DNA of 64,000 nucleotides from an uncultured Bacilli bacterium. Lineage in GTDB: Bacteria > Bacillota_I > Bacilli_A > RF39 > UBA660. The DNA lies in contig CAXHRJ010000001.1 of NCBI GenBank assembly GCA_964018915.1, positions 544,636 to 608,635 of the forward strand. Direction: 5' to 3'. Shown here piece after piece: positions 18,000-28,887 of this stretch. A model generated the notes under the pieces. The model was not told where the DNA came from. It did not search any database and was given only the letters and a program-made list of their open reading frames with translations. The translations under genes and the position numbers were made by a program. Every line of letters starts with the position of its first letter. The first letter of the stretch is position 1.

Positions 18000-20423
18000 T
18001 TACAACTGTGCGATATATTCAAGTAATTTTATAAATAATTGAACATATTTTGTTTCTAAACCAGTTCTTCCTTGACCAAGCTTACGCATTGCGATTCTTT
18101 TCTTATTAACTGGTTCTTCACTCATAAATAAATCATAAATTTGCTCTTTTTGTTTTGTAGGGATTGGAATATCACTAATAATAGACTCAATCTCTTCCAT
18201 AACAATGCGCACCGCATCTATCTCAATATCTTTACCCTTACAGTTAATCGTTAACTGTTGAGTAGTTGGTGCATTACTAACTTCTACAATGAAATCTGGA
18301 CCTTCTGTATAAGTCACACAGTCTATTTTAACATCCCTTACAAAAGCAGTAACATCTTCTGATTTCTTTGTATTCCTGAAACGAATTTTATAATTTCTTT
18401 CATCCGGAATAATTCCTGTCTTACCTTCAATTGGTCTAATGATAACAGTATAATTATTTGGTAAATAATTATAATCAATTAAACTTAGTAAATAATATCC
18501 CTTTAAATATAAGTCAGTAGTTCCATCGTCTTCATACATACGATAGTTATTACTTTGCCCAGGGAATATTTGAATTTCTAAATCTTTTGGTGGAGTTGTA
18601 TCATTTAAATCTGGATTATTAGACATTGGAATAATAGCACCAGCTTTTGCAAATACAGGATAATCTTGATCCCTAAAGAAGGAAACATATTTTTTTCCAC
18701 CTGGGAATTTCTTTCCTGTTACAAAATCATACCAAGTTCCTTCTGGTAAGAAGAACTTTTGAATAACACGATTCATGACTAACTCTTTTTTCTTGGTAAT
18801 CGGACAAACAAAGAATTGACTACCAAAATAATATTCATTACGATATAAGCCATCATCATATAGTTCTGGATAACGATAATAAATTGGTTGAATTAGTGGA
18901 ATTCCATACTTATAATACTTATAAGCTTCTGAATAAAGATATGGAATCAAACGATGACGTAATTGTAAATAATCTTTTGCAATTGCATACGTTCTCATAT
19001 CCCAACGCCATGGCTCTCTCTTATAGAATCTTCCTACATCTGCACTTAATTTTAAAATAGGTGAAAAAGTTCCTAATTGAATATAACGAGTATAAAGTTC
19101 ACTATCTTCTGTTCCAAAGAAGAATCCACCAATATCATGACTCCACCAACTAATCCCCAAATTAGTAGCTTTACCATTAAAGAATGGAATAGCCTTTAAA
19201 GTATTCCAACTAACAGTGGATTTTCCAGCATATAATACAGGATAACGATGAGCTGCTATAGTACCATTATATCCATATACCATTGGTCTACGCTTATAAT
19301 CTCTCATCATATCATAGAAGTGATAATGTTTTAAAAGAGTTAATGCTTCTAATTGGTTTTGATCATACCAATCTACCCAGAAAAAGTCTACTCCAAATTT
19401 ATCTAATGGATGGATAAATACTTTTAAATATACATCCACTGTTTTAGCATCATACACATTAAATGGAATAACACCATTTGGTAAAGGTTGTAAATACTTT
19501 TTAGCTTCTTCATAATACGCATCAATTGGATAAAAACCTTCTACTGGATTAATATTTAACCCGATACGGATTCCTTTAGAGTGCATTAAATCTACTAATC
19601 TCGTAGGATTTTGAATATATTCTCCATTAAAAGTAAATCCCGTTTTTAAATGATTTTCTCCTTCTTTCAAGCGGATATGCCAATCCTTATCTAACATAAT
19701 TATAGACATTGGAATTTCATTGGTATCAAAATTCTTAACTAATTCTTCTAACCCTTCTTCTGTATAACTATCATTTCTACTCCACCAGTTACCTAATGCA
19801 TATCTTGGAATAAGTGCTGGATACCCTGTCAACATGAAATAATCTTTTAGTGCTAAAGTAAAATCTTGAAAATACATAAACAGATAAATATCTATACCAG
19901 GATTTTCTCTTTGTAAACAATTTCCACGAGCATTGAACACTTTTGTATTAGAATCATCAATAGTAGCAAAACCATCAACTGAATATAATCCTTTCATGTT
20001 ATAACGATTATCTTCTTCTTTACTATCTGTTACTTGTAATACAGGAGCCATAAAGTTTTTAGCTTCTGGATGTCCATAGTACCACACACGATCTGTATTA
20101 TTTAATTCCACTCTCAAATTAACAGACTTATTCACATTTGTTCCTTTAAATGGTGCATTCTTTGCATAAGTTAATTTAAAATATTTAGTAGTGACAATAA
20201 TAGAACTTCCATTATCTGCTACTTGGAAATCAGTTTGAGGAAAATTTCTACATAGTACTAACTCTGTAGGTCTATCTTCAAAAATACCATTTTCATTATA
20301 TTCTAAACGAACAAGTCTCTCTGTTAAAATGGTAATACGAAATTTTTCTCCTACTAATACACTAGAAGGATTTGCTCTTGACTTACTTAAATCTAATGCA
20401 AATTGATCTCCTAAATCATACAT
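18000..20423 (-). CDS. glycoside hydrolase family 31 (alpha-glucosidase/alpha-xylosidase-like)
   Basis: GH31 motifs FWVDWYDQ, GISWWSHDIGGF, 807 aa. Confidence 0.85.
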   Translation of the reverse strand: MYDLGDQFALDLSKSRANPSSVLVGEKFRITILTERLVRLEYNENGIFEDRPTELVLCRNFPQTDFQVADNGSSIIVTTKYFKLTYAKNAPFKGTNVNKSVNLRVELNNTDRVWYYGHPEAKNFMAPVLQVTDSKEEDNRYNMKGLYSVDGFATIDDSNTKVFNARGNCLQRENPGIDIYLFMYFQDFTLALKDYFMLTGYPALIPRYALGNWWSRNDSYTEEGLEELVKNFDTNEIPMSIIMLDKDWHIRLKEGENHLKTGFTFNGEYIQNPTRLVDLMHSKGIRIGLNINPVEGFYPIDAYYEEAKKYLQPLPNGVIPFNVYDAKTVDVYLKVFIHPLDKFGVDFFWVDWYDQNQLEALTLLKHYHFYDMMRDYKRRPMVYGYNGTIAAHRYPVLYAGKSTVSWNTLKAIPFFNGKATNLGISWWSHDIGGFFFGTEDSELYTRYIQLGTFSPILKLSADVGRFYKREPWRWDMRTYAIAKDYLQLRHRLIPYLYSEAYKYYKYGIPLIQPIYYRYPELYDDGLYRNEYYFGSQFFVCPITKKKELVMNRVIQKFFLPEGTWYDFVTGKKFPGGKKYVSFFRDQDYPVFAKAGAIIPMSNNPDLNDTTPPKDLEIQIFPGQSNNYRMYEDDGTTDLYLKGYYLLSLIDYNYLPNNYTVIIRPIEGKTGIIPDERNYKIRFRNTKKSEDVTAFVRDVKIDCVTYTEGPDFIVEVSNAPTTQQLTINCKGKDIEIDAVRIVMEEIESIISDIPIPTKQKEQIYDLFMSEEPVNKKRIAMRKLGQGRTGLETKYVQLFIKLLEYIAQL

Positions 20424-20438
20424 ATTCTCACCCTTTTT

Positions 20439-21863
20439 CTATAATTCTTCTATCTTCATAAAGTTTGTATTTTTTACTTCTTTAAAAGGATATCCTCCTG
20501 TAATAATAATGCGATCTCCTGGTTGTGTAGATATCAAATCAAAGGTTACCTTTTTAGAAACTTGAATAATTTTATCAAAATCTTTTAAGTCATCTATTAA
20601 TACTGGATTAACAGCAAAATGTAATTGTAGTGATTTTACAGTAGATTCATTTGGACTTACAGCGATAACTGGGCAACTTGGTCTACAGTTACTCATCTTC
20701 CTTGCTGTATATCCACTCATAGTTGGCGCTATAATCGCACAACATTTTAATTTGCTAGCACATCCTACAACACTATGAGAAATCATACTAGTAATATCCA
20801 TTTCTTGTTCTTCTTTATTCTTTATAAAATCTAAATAATCAATATCTTTTTCAGCAGAATTAATAATTTTTTCCATCATAGTAAGTGTCTCAATTGGAAA
20901 TTTACCAACCGTAGTTTCATTACTTAACATAACAGCATCTGCTCCGTCTAACACCGCATTGGCAACATCTGATACTTCTGCACGTGTTGGACGAATAGTT
21001 CTTTCCATAGAAGATAATAATTCGGTTGCTACAATACTAACAATTCCTGCTTTATGGCATTTATCAATAATTTTCTTTTGTACACCTGGAACTCTTTCAA
21101 CAGGAATATCTACCCCTAAGTCTCCTCTAGCTACCATAATACCATCACTTACACGAATGATTTCATCTAAATTATTAACAGCTTCTTCTGTTTCGATTTT
21201 AGAAATTAATCCAATATGATCATTCTTTAAACGAATTAGTATATCGCTTACAGCAAGGACATCCTCTTGTGTTGCCACATAAGAAAGCGCTAAAAAGTCA
21301 ACATTCATTTTATGGGCAAATACAATATCGGTCTCATCTTTCGTATTCATCTTTGGTAAATTTAGTTTTACTCCTTCTACTGCAACCGTTTGAGTATTTT
21401 CAATAGTACCGTCTGTTAAAACTTCACAGATAATGCAGTCATCTTTCTTATCAATTACGAGAAAAGACATCATCCCATCTTTTACTTTAATAATATCATT
21501 ATAATTTACATCTTTAATTAAGCCACTATAATTAACCGAAAATTTCGTACTATCTCCAGCAATATCATCCATGTAAATACGAATCTTATCGCCCTTACGG
21601 AAATAAGCTTCCCCATTTACAAATTTGCCAGTACGAACTTCTGGGCCCATTAAATCTATCATCGTTGCAATACTTAAGTGTAACTCCTCATTTAATTCTT
21701 GTATTTTTTCTATAATATCCTTACAGAAATTATAGTTGGCATGACTCATATTTAAACGAGCAACATCCATTCCTCCTACCATCAATCTTTTAATCTGTTC
21801 TTTTTCCATAGTAGCCGGCCCTATTGTGACAACAACCTTAGTCTTATTTAACATACTATTCAC
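20439..21863 (-). CDS. pyk: pyruvate kinase (no C-terminal PEP-utilizer extension)
   Basis: TKVVVTIGPAT, MVARGDLGVDIPVE, overall PK domain order, 474 aa. Confidence 0.95.
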   Translation of the reverse strand: MNSMLNKTKVVVTIGPATMEKEQIKRLMVGGMDVARLNMSHANYNFCKDIIEKIQELNEELHLSIATMIDLMGPEVRTGKFVNGEAYFRKGDKIRIYMDDIAGDSTKFSVNYSGLIKDVNYNDIIKVKDGMMSFLVIDKKDDCIICEVLTDGTIENTQTVAVEGVKLNLPKMNTKDETDIVFAHKMNVDFLALSYVATQEDVLAVSDILIRLKNDHIGLISKIETEEAVNNLDEIIRVSDGIMVARGDLGVDIPVERVPGVQKKIIDKCHKAGIVSIVATELLSSMERTIRPTRAEVSDVANAVLDGADAVMLSNETTVGKFPIETLTMMEKIINSAEKDIDYLDFIKNKEEQEMDITSMISHSVVGCASKLKCCAIIAPTMSGYTARKMSNCRPSCPVIAVSPNESTVKSLQLHFAVNPVLIDDLKDFDKIIQVSKKVTFDLISTQPGDRIIITGGYPFKEVKNTNFMKIEEL

Positions 21864-21912
21864 CTATTATCAATTATATCATAATAATAAAAATTTACAA
21901 GGAAAGTTCCCA

Positions 21913-21947
21913 CTAAAAAAAGAAAATTAGTAGATTTCTCTACTAAT
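21913..21947 (-). terminator. rho-independent terminator after ABC permease gene
   Basis: GATTAGTAGAgaaaTCTACTAAT hairpin followed by U-rich run on minus strand. Confidence 0.6.
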
Positions 21948-21951
21948 CTTT

Positions 21952-22698
21952 TTAACTATAAATTTCTAATTTATTTTCTACTAAATGAACAGTACTTATG
22001 AATCCTAATACAATTAATAAAAGCATAAATCCATCTATTACAAAATCCATATACTCTTCCACATTTACCCCCATCATCATTTCTCCAAAAAGACCAACTA
22101 AAATTCCAAAAACAAAGTATCCAAGAATAAAGGAAAGAATCCCAATCGCTTTTCCATTTGGAAATTGACTTTTAAAGAAACAAAAGATAGTTGTAACAAT
22201 AGAAGAAAATGCGGTAGAGTAAAAAATCATAAAAAGGAAAACACGTAATAAATAGATTGGATGTTCTAAAATGAATTCTCCCATCTCTCCTAACATATCA
22301 ATTAAAAGACTTTCTTCGACTGCTGCTATTACTATAAAAAGACCAAAAACAAATATAAAAGCATAAATAACATTCATCGCAATAGCAATGATATACTTAG
22401 CCATTAATAATTTAGATGCTGATATTGGAATCATACTCTCTAATAAAAAGGTTGGCTTTTTAAACGTCTCTATTGTCCTTTTCGTTCCATAAAAGAAAGC
22501 TGCAAAAAAGGATATTGATAAAATAATAGTATACGCTATTGTTAATAATCCGCCAATCGTATTATCAAGCATATCCATTTTAATAAAAATAAACTCTAAA
22601 AGGAAGATAATGGCAATGGCAGAAAACCAAACCTTATTTCCTTTAAATATAGACTTAAATTCCCATTTCATATAACTAGACATGACTAAACACCTCAA
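21952..22698 (-). CDS. ABC-2 family transporter permease
   Basis: Six hydrophobic helices; overlaps the upstream ABC ATPase gene. Confidence 0.6.
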   Translation of the reverse strand: MRCLVMSSYMKWEFKSIFKGNKVWFSAIAIIFLLEFIFIKMDMLDNTIGGLLTIAYTIILSISFFAAFFYGTKRTIETFKKPTFLLESMIPISASKLLMAKYIIAIAMNVIYAFIFVFGLFIVIAAVEESLLIDMLGEMGEFILEHPIYLLRVFLFMIFYSTAFSSIVTTIFCFFKSQFPNGKAIGILSFILGYFVFGILVGLFGEMMMGVNVEEYMDFVIDGFMLLLIVLGFISTVHLVENKLEIYS

Positions 22699-23389
22699 TA
22701 TAATGCTCTTCTAAGCTCTTTCCATCCCTTGTTAAATTCTTCTTATCATCATAAAGAATTATATTTCCATTTTTCAAAAATACAACATCATCTAATATCT
22801 CTTCTGTATCTTTTATCAAATGAGTCGAAATCAATATAATATTTTCTGGTGTGGAAGCCTCTTTTATAACCGTAAGCATCTCATGCTTAATGAGAGGATC
22901 TAAACTTCCTAAAGGCTCATCCAACAAATAGATTGGAACATTTCTAGAAAGAGTTAACATAAGAACTACTTTTTCTTTATTTCCTTTTGATAATTTTGGA
23001 ATATCCATTTCTACCGGAAGCCCTAATCTTTGACATAATGTATAAGCTCTATTCACATCAAAATCTTGGAACATATCTTGATAATATGCAATAGCATCGC
23101 TTACCTTCATCGTACTATATAAGTATTCCCTATCAGGCATAAAAGAAATATACTTTCTTGTCTCATAACCAATATCTGCACCACAAATTTTAATATTTCC
23201 CATTTGCGGACGAATAATTCTCATAAAAAGTTTTAACATCGTTGTCTTACCACTACCATTTGGTCCTAAAAGTCCCACAATACTTCCTTTTTTTAGTGAT
23301 AAGTTTACACAATTTAAAGCTACTATATTGCCATATGTTTTTGTTACATTTAGTAATTCTAAAACAGCTTCATTCACTTTGAAACACAC
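22676..23389 (-). CDS. ABC transporter ATP-binding protein
   Basis: Walker A GPNGSGKTT, signature LSKGNKEKV, Walker B LLDEP. Confidence 0.85.
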   Translation of the reverse strand: MCFKVNEAVLELLNVTKTYGNIVALNCVNLSLKKGSIVGLLGPNGSGKTTMLKLFMRIIRPQMGNIKICGADIGYETRKYISFMPDREYLYSTMKVSDAIAYYQDMFQDFDVNRAYTLCQRLGLPVEMDIPKLSKGNKEKVVLMLTLSRNVPIYLLDEPLGSLDPLIKHEMLTVIKEASTPENIILISTHLIKDTEEILDDVVFLKNGNIILYDDKKNLTRDGKSLEEHYIEVFSHV

Positions 23390-23457
23390 TCCTATCCTTT
23401 TTCAGTATAACATAATATATGTTCTAGAGCAACAAAAAATACACTTATTCAGTGTAT

Positions 23458-24447
23458 TTAAATCCATACTCCAAAGATAATAGCTGACATACTAAGTAGT
23501 AATCCTACAACCCAAAATAGCTTAACAATATCTCTTTCATCCCAGCCTAATTTTTCTAAATGATGATGCAAAGGAGTCATTAAAAATACTTTTTTATGGA
23601 AATATACCATACTAATAATTTGAATTAAACAGACAACTGTTTCTAAAATAAATACTCCAGCTACTACAATAAATGTAATTTCATGTTTAGAAATAATAGC
23701 TACTGAAGCTAAGGTTGCTCCTAAAGATAAGGAACCAGTATCTCCCATAAATACTTTAGCTGGATGCGTATTGTAAACTAAGAAACCAAGTAAAGATCCC
23801 ACTAATACAAAGCAAAATATCGCAATATCTTCTGTCCCAGCAATCGCTCCACTATTCCAACTAATCAAAGCAAATGCTAAAAAAGCCATTACTGATAAAC
23901 CACCAGCTAAACCATCTAATCCATCCGTAATATTCACAGCATTACTACTTGCTACTAACACAAATAACAAGAATATTCCATAGAACCATCCCATATCTAT
24001 CTTAAACCCTAAAGTATAAGCATCTAGTACAGGTTCTGCTCCTCCATGCATATAGATAGCAAAGAAGATAAGGGCAATAATCAGTTGCCCTGCTAATTTT
24101 TGAAACTCTGTTAATCCTATATTGTTTTTTCTTTTAATAATCAAGAAATCATCTATAAATCCTAAAGCTGCATAAGCTAAAAATACAAACAGAACAATTA
24201 GCAAATTGGGAGAAAACTCAATTTTCCCCATAAATAATAAAATAATGGTAGCAACTATTGTTGGTATGATAAAAATAATTCCCCCCATTGTTGGAGTACC
24301 ATCTTTATCATGATGTTTCTTTTCTAAATACGTGCTAACTTTCTGTTTCGCTATTCTTCTAAGCAGTGGTATCGCTATTAACCCAAATATAACAGCAATT
24401 ATAAATCCTATCATCATTGCTAACATTGCTTTAGTTAGTACAAGCAT
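23458..24447 (-). CDS. mraY: phospho-N-acetylmuramoyl-pentapeptide transferase
   Basis: Polytopic membrane protein with MraY motifs (NxxNxxDGxDGL, VFMGDTGSL). Confidence 0.95.
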   Translation of the reverse strand: MLVLTKAMLAMMIGFIIAVIFGLIAIPLLRRIAKQKVSTYLEKKHHDKDGTPTMGGIIFIIPTIVATIILLFMGKIEFSPNLLIVLFVFLAYAALGFIDDFLIIKRKNNIGLTEFQKLAGQLIIALIFFAIYMHGGAEPVLDAYTLGFKIDMGWFYGIFLLFVLVASSNAVNITDGLDGLAGGLSVMAFLAFALISWNSGAIAGTEDIAIFCFVLVGSLLGFLVYNTHPAKVFMGDTGSLSLGATLASVAIISKHEITFIVVAGVFILETVVCLIQIISMVYFHKKVFLMTPLHHHLEKLGWDERDIVKLFWVVGLLLSMSAIIFGVWI

Positions 24448-24458
24448 TGCATCATCCC

Positions 24459-25763
24459 CTATATATTATCTAAAACTATTTTCTTATCATCAAAAAATAT
24501 TTTTTCAGTTCCAATAATTTGATATTTTTCGTGCCCTTTTCCAAGCACTAATAGTATATCATCTTTTGTTAGAAATTGTATACCCCTTTTAATAGCTTCT
24601 TCTCTATTTACTTCAATTTCATAATTTACACAATCAAGATTTTTTACAATGTCTTTTAAAATTCTAATAGGATTTTCATTTCTAGGATTGTCACTTGTAA
24701 AAATAACATAATCAGATTTTCTAGTTGCTATTTCACCCATTATTGGCCTTTTTTTAGCATCTCTATCTCCACCACAACCAACAACTGTAATAATCTTTTT
24801 ATGCTCTAATTCTCCTACACTATCTAAAATATTTTCTAAAGCATCTGGTGTATGGGCATAGTCAATAATAATTTTATTGGTATTATAATCAATACTATCC
24901 ATTCTTCCTTCTGGAGAATAACATTGACTCACGATTCCTTTTAATTCTTGATAATTATATCCTAATTGATAAAAAAGACAGATAGCAGACGTCATATTAT
25001 ATATATTATATTTTCCTAAAAGAGACATTTGATACTCTTCTTCATTCAATTTAAAGAAAGAAGTTTCTCCTACCATTTGATAATCTGTATTAGAATATCC
25101 ATAAGTAACATAATTTCCTATTTCAAAATAACTTGCACATGGATCATCTCTATTGATAATAGAAATGCCATTTTCTTTTACTTTATAAAATAATTGTTGT
25201 TTCGCTTTTAAATAATTTTCCATTGATTTATGGTAATCTAAATGATCTTGCGTTAAATTCGTAAATATTGCATAATCATATTCTAAAAAATCTACTCTTC
25301 CCTGATCTAACGCTTGACTACTTACTTCCATAACCGCATACTTACATCCAGCTTCTACACTCTTCTTTAATAACTTATATAATTCAATAGAACCTGGTGT
25401 CGTATTTTTTAAATCACGAACTTTATCGTCTATATAAAAACCTAATGTACCTATATAACTACAAGGGATATCTAACATCTTAAAAATTTGCCATATTAAA
25501 AAACAAGTAGTAGTTTTTCCATTTGTACCAGTTACTCCAATCACTTGAATTGGTAGTTCTCTTTTTTTTAAATAAGTAGTTAAATACTCCTTTGTAGAAG
25601 AAACAATCTCAGTCTCAACCGAATAATCTCCTCTTTCTGCAATAATCTTTTTTGCACCATTTTCTATTGCTTCTTTTATATAATCATGTCCATCATAAGT
25701 TGTTCCTTTTATCGCTAGAAAAGTATCTCCCTCTCGTACTTTTCTAGAATCACATTTTAGCAT
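24459..25763 (-). CDS. murE: MurE-type Mur ligase (UDP-MurNAc-L-Ala-D-Glu:diamino acid ligase), DNPR-motif paralog
   Basis: DSRKV.EGDTF.A.KG...DGHDYI N-terminus, GTNGKTTT P-loop, C-terminal FTSDNPRNE motif (DNPR is characteristic of meso-DAP-adding MurE). Confidence 0.8.
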   Translation of the reverse strand: MLKCDSRKVREGDTFLAIKGTTYDGHDYIKEAIENGAKKIIAERGDYSVETEIVSSTKEYLTTYLKKRELPIQVIGVTGTNGKTTTCFLIWQIFKMLDIPCSYIGTLGFYIDDKVRDLKNTTPGSIELYKLLKKSVEAGCKYAVMEVSSQALDQGRVDFLEYDYAIFTNLTQDHLDYHKSMENYLKAKQQLFYKVKENGISIINRDDPCASYFEIGNYVTYGYSNTDYQMVGETSFFKLNEEEYQMSLLGKYNIYNMTSAICLFYQLGYNYQELKGIVSQCYSPEGRMDSIDYNTNKIIIDYAHTPDALENILDSVGELEHKKIITVVGCGGDRDAKKRPIMGEIATRKSDYVIFTSDNPRNENPIRILKDIVKNLDCVNYEIEVNREEAIKRGIQFLTKDDILLVLGKGHEKYQIIGTEKIFFDDKKIVLDNI

Positions 25764-25827
25764 AAGAACACCTCAATATAGTCTATGGGGAAATTACTCT
25801 TATGTGCAAAAAAGAGAGTCGAATTAC

Positions 25828-27192
25828 TCAACTCTCTATTTTAATTTTTTCTTCCTTTAAAATTTGTTCCACAGCTTTTCTATCATTAAATGGAATTTTT
25901 TCATCTTTTACAATAATAAATTCTTCATGTCCTTTTCCTAAAATTAATAATAAATCATTTTCTTTTAATAAAGATACCGCATACCTGATAGCTTCCATTC
26001 TATTCTTTTCTACTTTATAGTGACGTAATTCATTACCTTCTAACATATCTTTTACAATATCATCAAACTCTTCCTCATGTAAATCATCACTAGTTACTAC
26101 TACATAGTTTGCACTATGAAGTGCAAGTTGCATCATAATAGGTCTTTTTTTAGCATCTCTACTTCCTGTACAACCAAATACAATATAAGTATTTCTATGT
26201 GGCAATTCCTCTATCGTTTTAAAAATGTTTTCCATCGCATCTGGCGTATGGGCATAATCGATAATAACTGTATTTTTATGGAATGTCACCATTTCCATTC
26301 TACCAGGAGGTGGCATCAACGATGGTACTACTCTTTCTATTTCTTCCTTAGATATTCCCATTAAATCTAGCACAATAGTTGCACATAATACATTGTAGAC
26401 ATTATATTTACCAATTAAAGATGTATGAATATGTAAATTATTTACTGAAAAATTACTACCGTAACTATGCAATTCTAAATCTTTTATTTGATAATCACTC
26501 TCTGCAAAGCCATATGTCTTTACATTTTTGATTTCATAATAGCTATGATAACTATCATCTAAATTGACAATAGAATTTCCACTTTCCTTCAACTGATAAA
26601 ATAACTGTTGTTTTGCTTTCGCATAGTTTTCCATTGTCTTATGATAATCTAAATGATCTTGTGTTAAATTCGTAAATATTGCATAATCAAAAGGAATTTT
26701 ATTCATTCTACCATAAGATAATCCTTGGCTACTTACTTCCATAACAACATGTTTGTAACCCGTTTCATAGCACTCCACTAACATTTCATACATATCACAA
26801 AGATCAGGTGAAGTATTTGGCAAATCACAAACTTTTTCTTTTTTATAAAAACCAACAGTTCCTATATAAGCTGCATTCTTTTTCAATTTATTTAATGCTT
26901 CATAAAGTAAATAAGCAGTAGTAGTTTTTCCATTTGTACCAGTAAGACCTACTATCACCATCTCTTCTAAATAAGTGTGATAAGAATTGTATAATAACTC
27001 TTCTAAATATTTGCGAGTATCTTCCACAATTATCGTTTCTACAGAGTATTCCCCTTTTTCTGCTACTACCTTTGTTGCGCCATTTTCTATTGCTTTTTCT
27101 ATATAATCATGTCCATCTGTAGCGATTCCTCTCAAAGCCACAAAAGTATCTCCCTTTTTTACTTTTCTAGAATCTGTCTTGATAGTAAACAT
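25828..27192 (-). CDS. second MurE-type Mur ligase paralog lacking DNPR (TSDDLHEEE instead)
   Basis: Same N-terminal and P-loop motifs (GLTGTNGKTTT), ~45% identity by eye to the adjacent paralog, but specificity motif replaced. Confidence 0.8.
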   Translation of the reverse strand: MFTIKTDSRKVKKGDTFVALRGIATDGHDYIEKAIENGATKVVAEKGEYSVETIIVEDTRKYLEELLYNSYHTYLEEMVIVGLTGTNGKTTTAYLLYEALNKLKKNAAYIGTVGFYKKEKVCDLPNTSPDLCDMYEMLVECYETGYKHVVMEVSSQGLSYGRMNKIPFDYAIFTNLTQDHLDYHKTMENYAKAKQQLFYQLKESGNSIVNLDDSYHSYYEIKNVKTYGFAESDYQIKDLELHSYGSNFSVNNLHIHTSLIGKYNVYNVLCATIVLDLMGISKEEIERVVPSLMPPPGRMEMVTFHKNTVIIDYAHTPDAMENIFKTIEELPHRNTYIVFGCTGSRDAKKRPIMMQLALHSANYVVVTSDDLHEEEFDDIVKDMLEGNELRHYKVEKNRMEAIRYAVSLLKENDLLLILGKGHEEFIIVKDEKIPFNDRKAVEQILKEEKIKIES

Positions 27193-27193
27193 A

Positions 27194-27916
27194 TTACGCC
27201 CCCTCTACTACTTGATAATCTAAGTAATTCTTATTATAGGAAACTAAATTATTAATTTCACGGTATTCCAATTTCACTTGTAAATCCCCATATAAAGGAT
27301 AATAATCTTGATAGTTTATCACTATTTCTACAATCATCTTATCACTTTCTATAATCTCTAAAAGAATAGATTTATCATTTTCTACATATTCATAACTAGA
27401 AATCTTTTTACCATCTTTGTATTCCTTTTCTTCCACTAATTTAGAAGAATTTATCATAGTTTTCAAAGATTCTTTATTTAATTCTTTTATGGATAAAGTA
27501 ACTATAAAATCATTAGAAAGCTTCAATTCTTTTAAAATAGAATCTACTTTATAAACATTTTTCAAAGAAGAATAATACTCCTCTCCCAAATAATTGAAAT
27601 AATAATGATTATCAAAATAAGTACCTATTATTTCCTCTGTCTTTCCTTGATAAGAGAACGTATAGGTATATTCAAAACTTTTCATACTAGAATAAGTTTC
27701 AACAGAATCTACTTCATTAGAATTGTTAGAAGTATGGGAACTTGGTGTTGGATGTGGTATTAAAATGATTATAATATAGGAGATAAAAAAGAAAAGCATC
27801 CAAGCACCTAATTGAAGCAAAGCCTTCTTCCTAGGATTTTTTGACATTTCCTTTATCTTTTTTATTAGCGTTTTCATCTTTTTTATCATAGAACACCTAT
27901 TCAAACTTTTTACCAA
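27194..27916 (-). CDS. hypothetical exported/membrane-anchored protein
   Basis: K-rich N-terminus, one TM helix, no motif. Confidence 0.4.
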   Translation of the reverse strand: MVKSLNRCSMIKKMKTLIKKIKEMSKNPRKKALLQLGAWMLFFFISYIIIILIPHPTPSSHTSNNSNEVDSVETYSSMKSFEYTYTFSYQGKTEEIIGTYFDNHYYFNYLGEEYYSSLKNVYKVDSILKELKLSNDFIVTLSIKELNKESLKTMINSSKLVEEKEYKDGKKISSYEYVENDKSILLEIIESDKMIVEIVINYQDYYPLYGDLQVKLEYREINNLVSYNKNYLDYQVVEGA

Positions 27917-28883
27917 TCAAGTCTTCTTTATTAGGATAACCATTTAAATAATCTCGTACCAACATTTTTTTCTTTCCCTCTGGTTGTATAACTGTTAAAA
28001 TGATTTCTCCATCACCTGTTGAAACACAAATGCCATCTTTTTCTAGTGCTACTATTTTTCCGTAATCAGAATATTTCTTTTCTATTCCTATCCTAGAAAA
28101 CCATACTTTCATACGTTTTCCATCTAACATAGTGTATGCGACTGGAAAGCTATTTAATCCGCGAATTTGATTATACACTTCTCTTCTCGTATTTGAAAAA
28201 TCAATTCTCTCATCTTCTGGCTTAATATTATAAGAGAAAGTTGCCTCCTCTTCCTTTTGTTTCACATATTCTACATTGCCACTAATAATATCTGGCATAG
28301 TCTCTTTTAATAAATCACTACCAAGAACACTTAATTTATCAAATAAAGTTTCTGCTGTATCTAATTCGTCTATTGGTATTTCCCTCTGTCTAATAATATC
28401 TCCATCATCCATACCAATTCCCATCTTCATAATAGTAACACCACTTGTAGGATCTCCTTCTATAATCGCTCTATGAATAGGAGCTCCTCCACGATGTCTT
28501 GGTAATAAAGAAGCATGTACATTGATACAACCATACTTAGGATAATCTAACATCTCTTTTGGTATAATCTGTCCATAAGCACATGTTACAATCATATCTG
28601 GTTGAAGTTCTAATATATCACTATATTCTTTTCTTACCTTTATAGGTTGAAATAAAGGAATATTAGTTTCTAAAGCTACTTCTTTCACAGGAGAAGTACT
28701 CATCTTACCACTTCTACCAATTGGTTTATCTGGCTGAGATACTATTCCAACTACCTTATAATTTTCTATTAACATTCTAAGTACAGGAACACTAAAATCT
28801 GGAGTTCCCATAAATACTACTCGAATCTCTTTATTCATACTATCACCATATCCATTATAATATGTTTTTATACTTTTTACCAA
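27897..28883 (-). CDS. fmt: methionyl-tRNA formyltransferase
   Basis: VVFMGTPDFSVP N-terminus, formyltransferase fold motifs (HASLLPRHRGGAPI). Confidence 0.95.
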   Translation of the reverse strand: MVKSIKTYYNGYGDSMNKEIRVVFMGTPDFSVPVLRMLIENYKVVGIVSQPDKPIGRSGKMSTSPVKEVALETNIPLFQPIKVRKEYSDILELQPDMIVTCAYGQIIPKEMLDYPKYGCINVHASLLPRHRGGAPIHRAIIEGDPTSGVTIMKMGIGMDDGDIIRQREIPIDELDTAETLFDKLSVLGSDLLKETMPDIISGNVEYVKQKEEEATFSYNIKPEDERIDFSNTRREVYNQIRGLNSFPVAYTMLDGKRMKVWFSRIGIEKKYSDYGKIVALEKDGICVSTGDGEIILTVIQPEGKKKMLVRDYLNGYPNKEDLIGKKFE

Positions 28884-28887
28884 ACTT

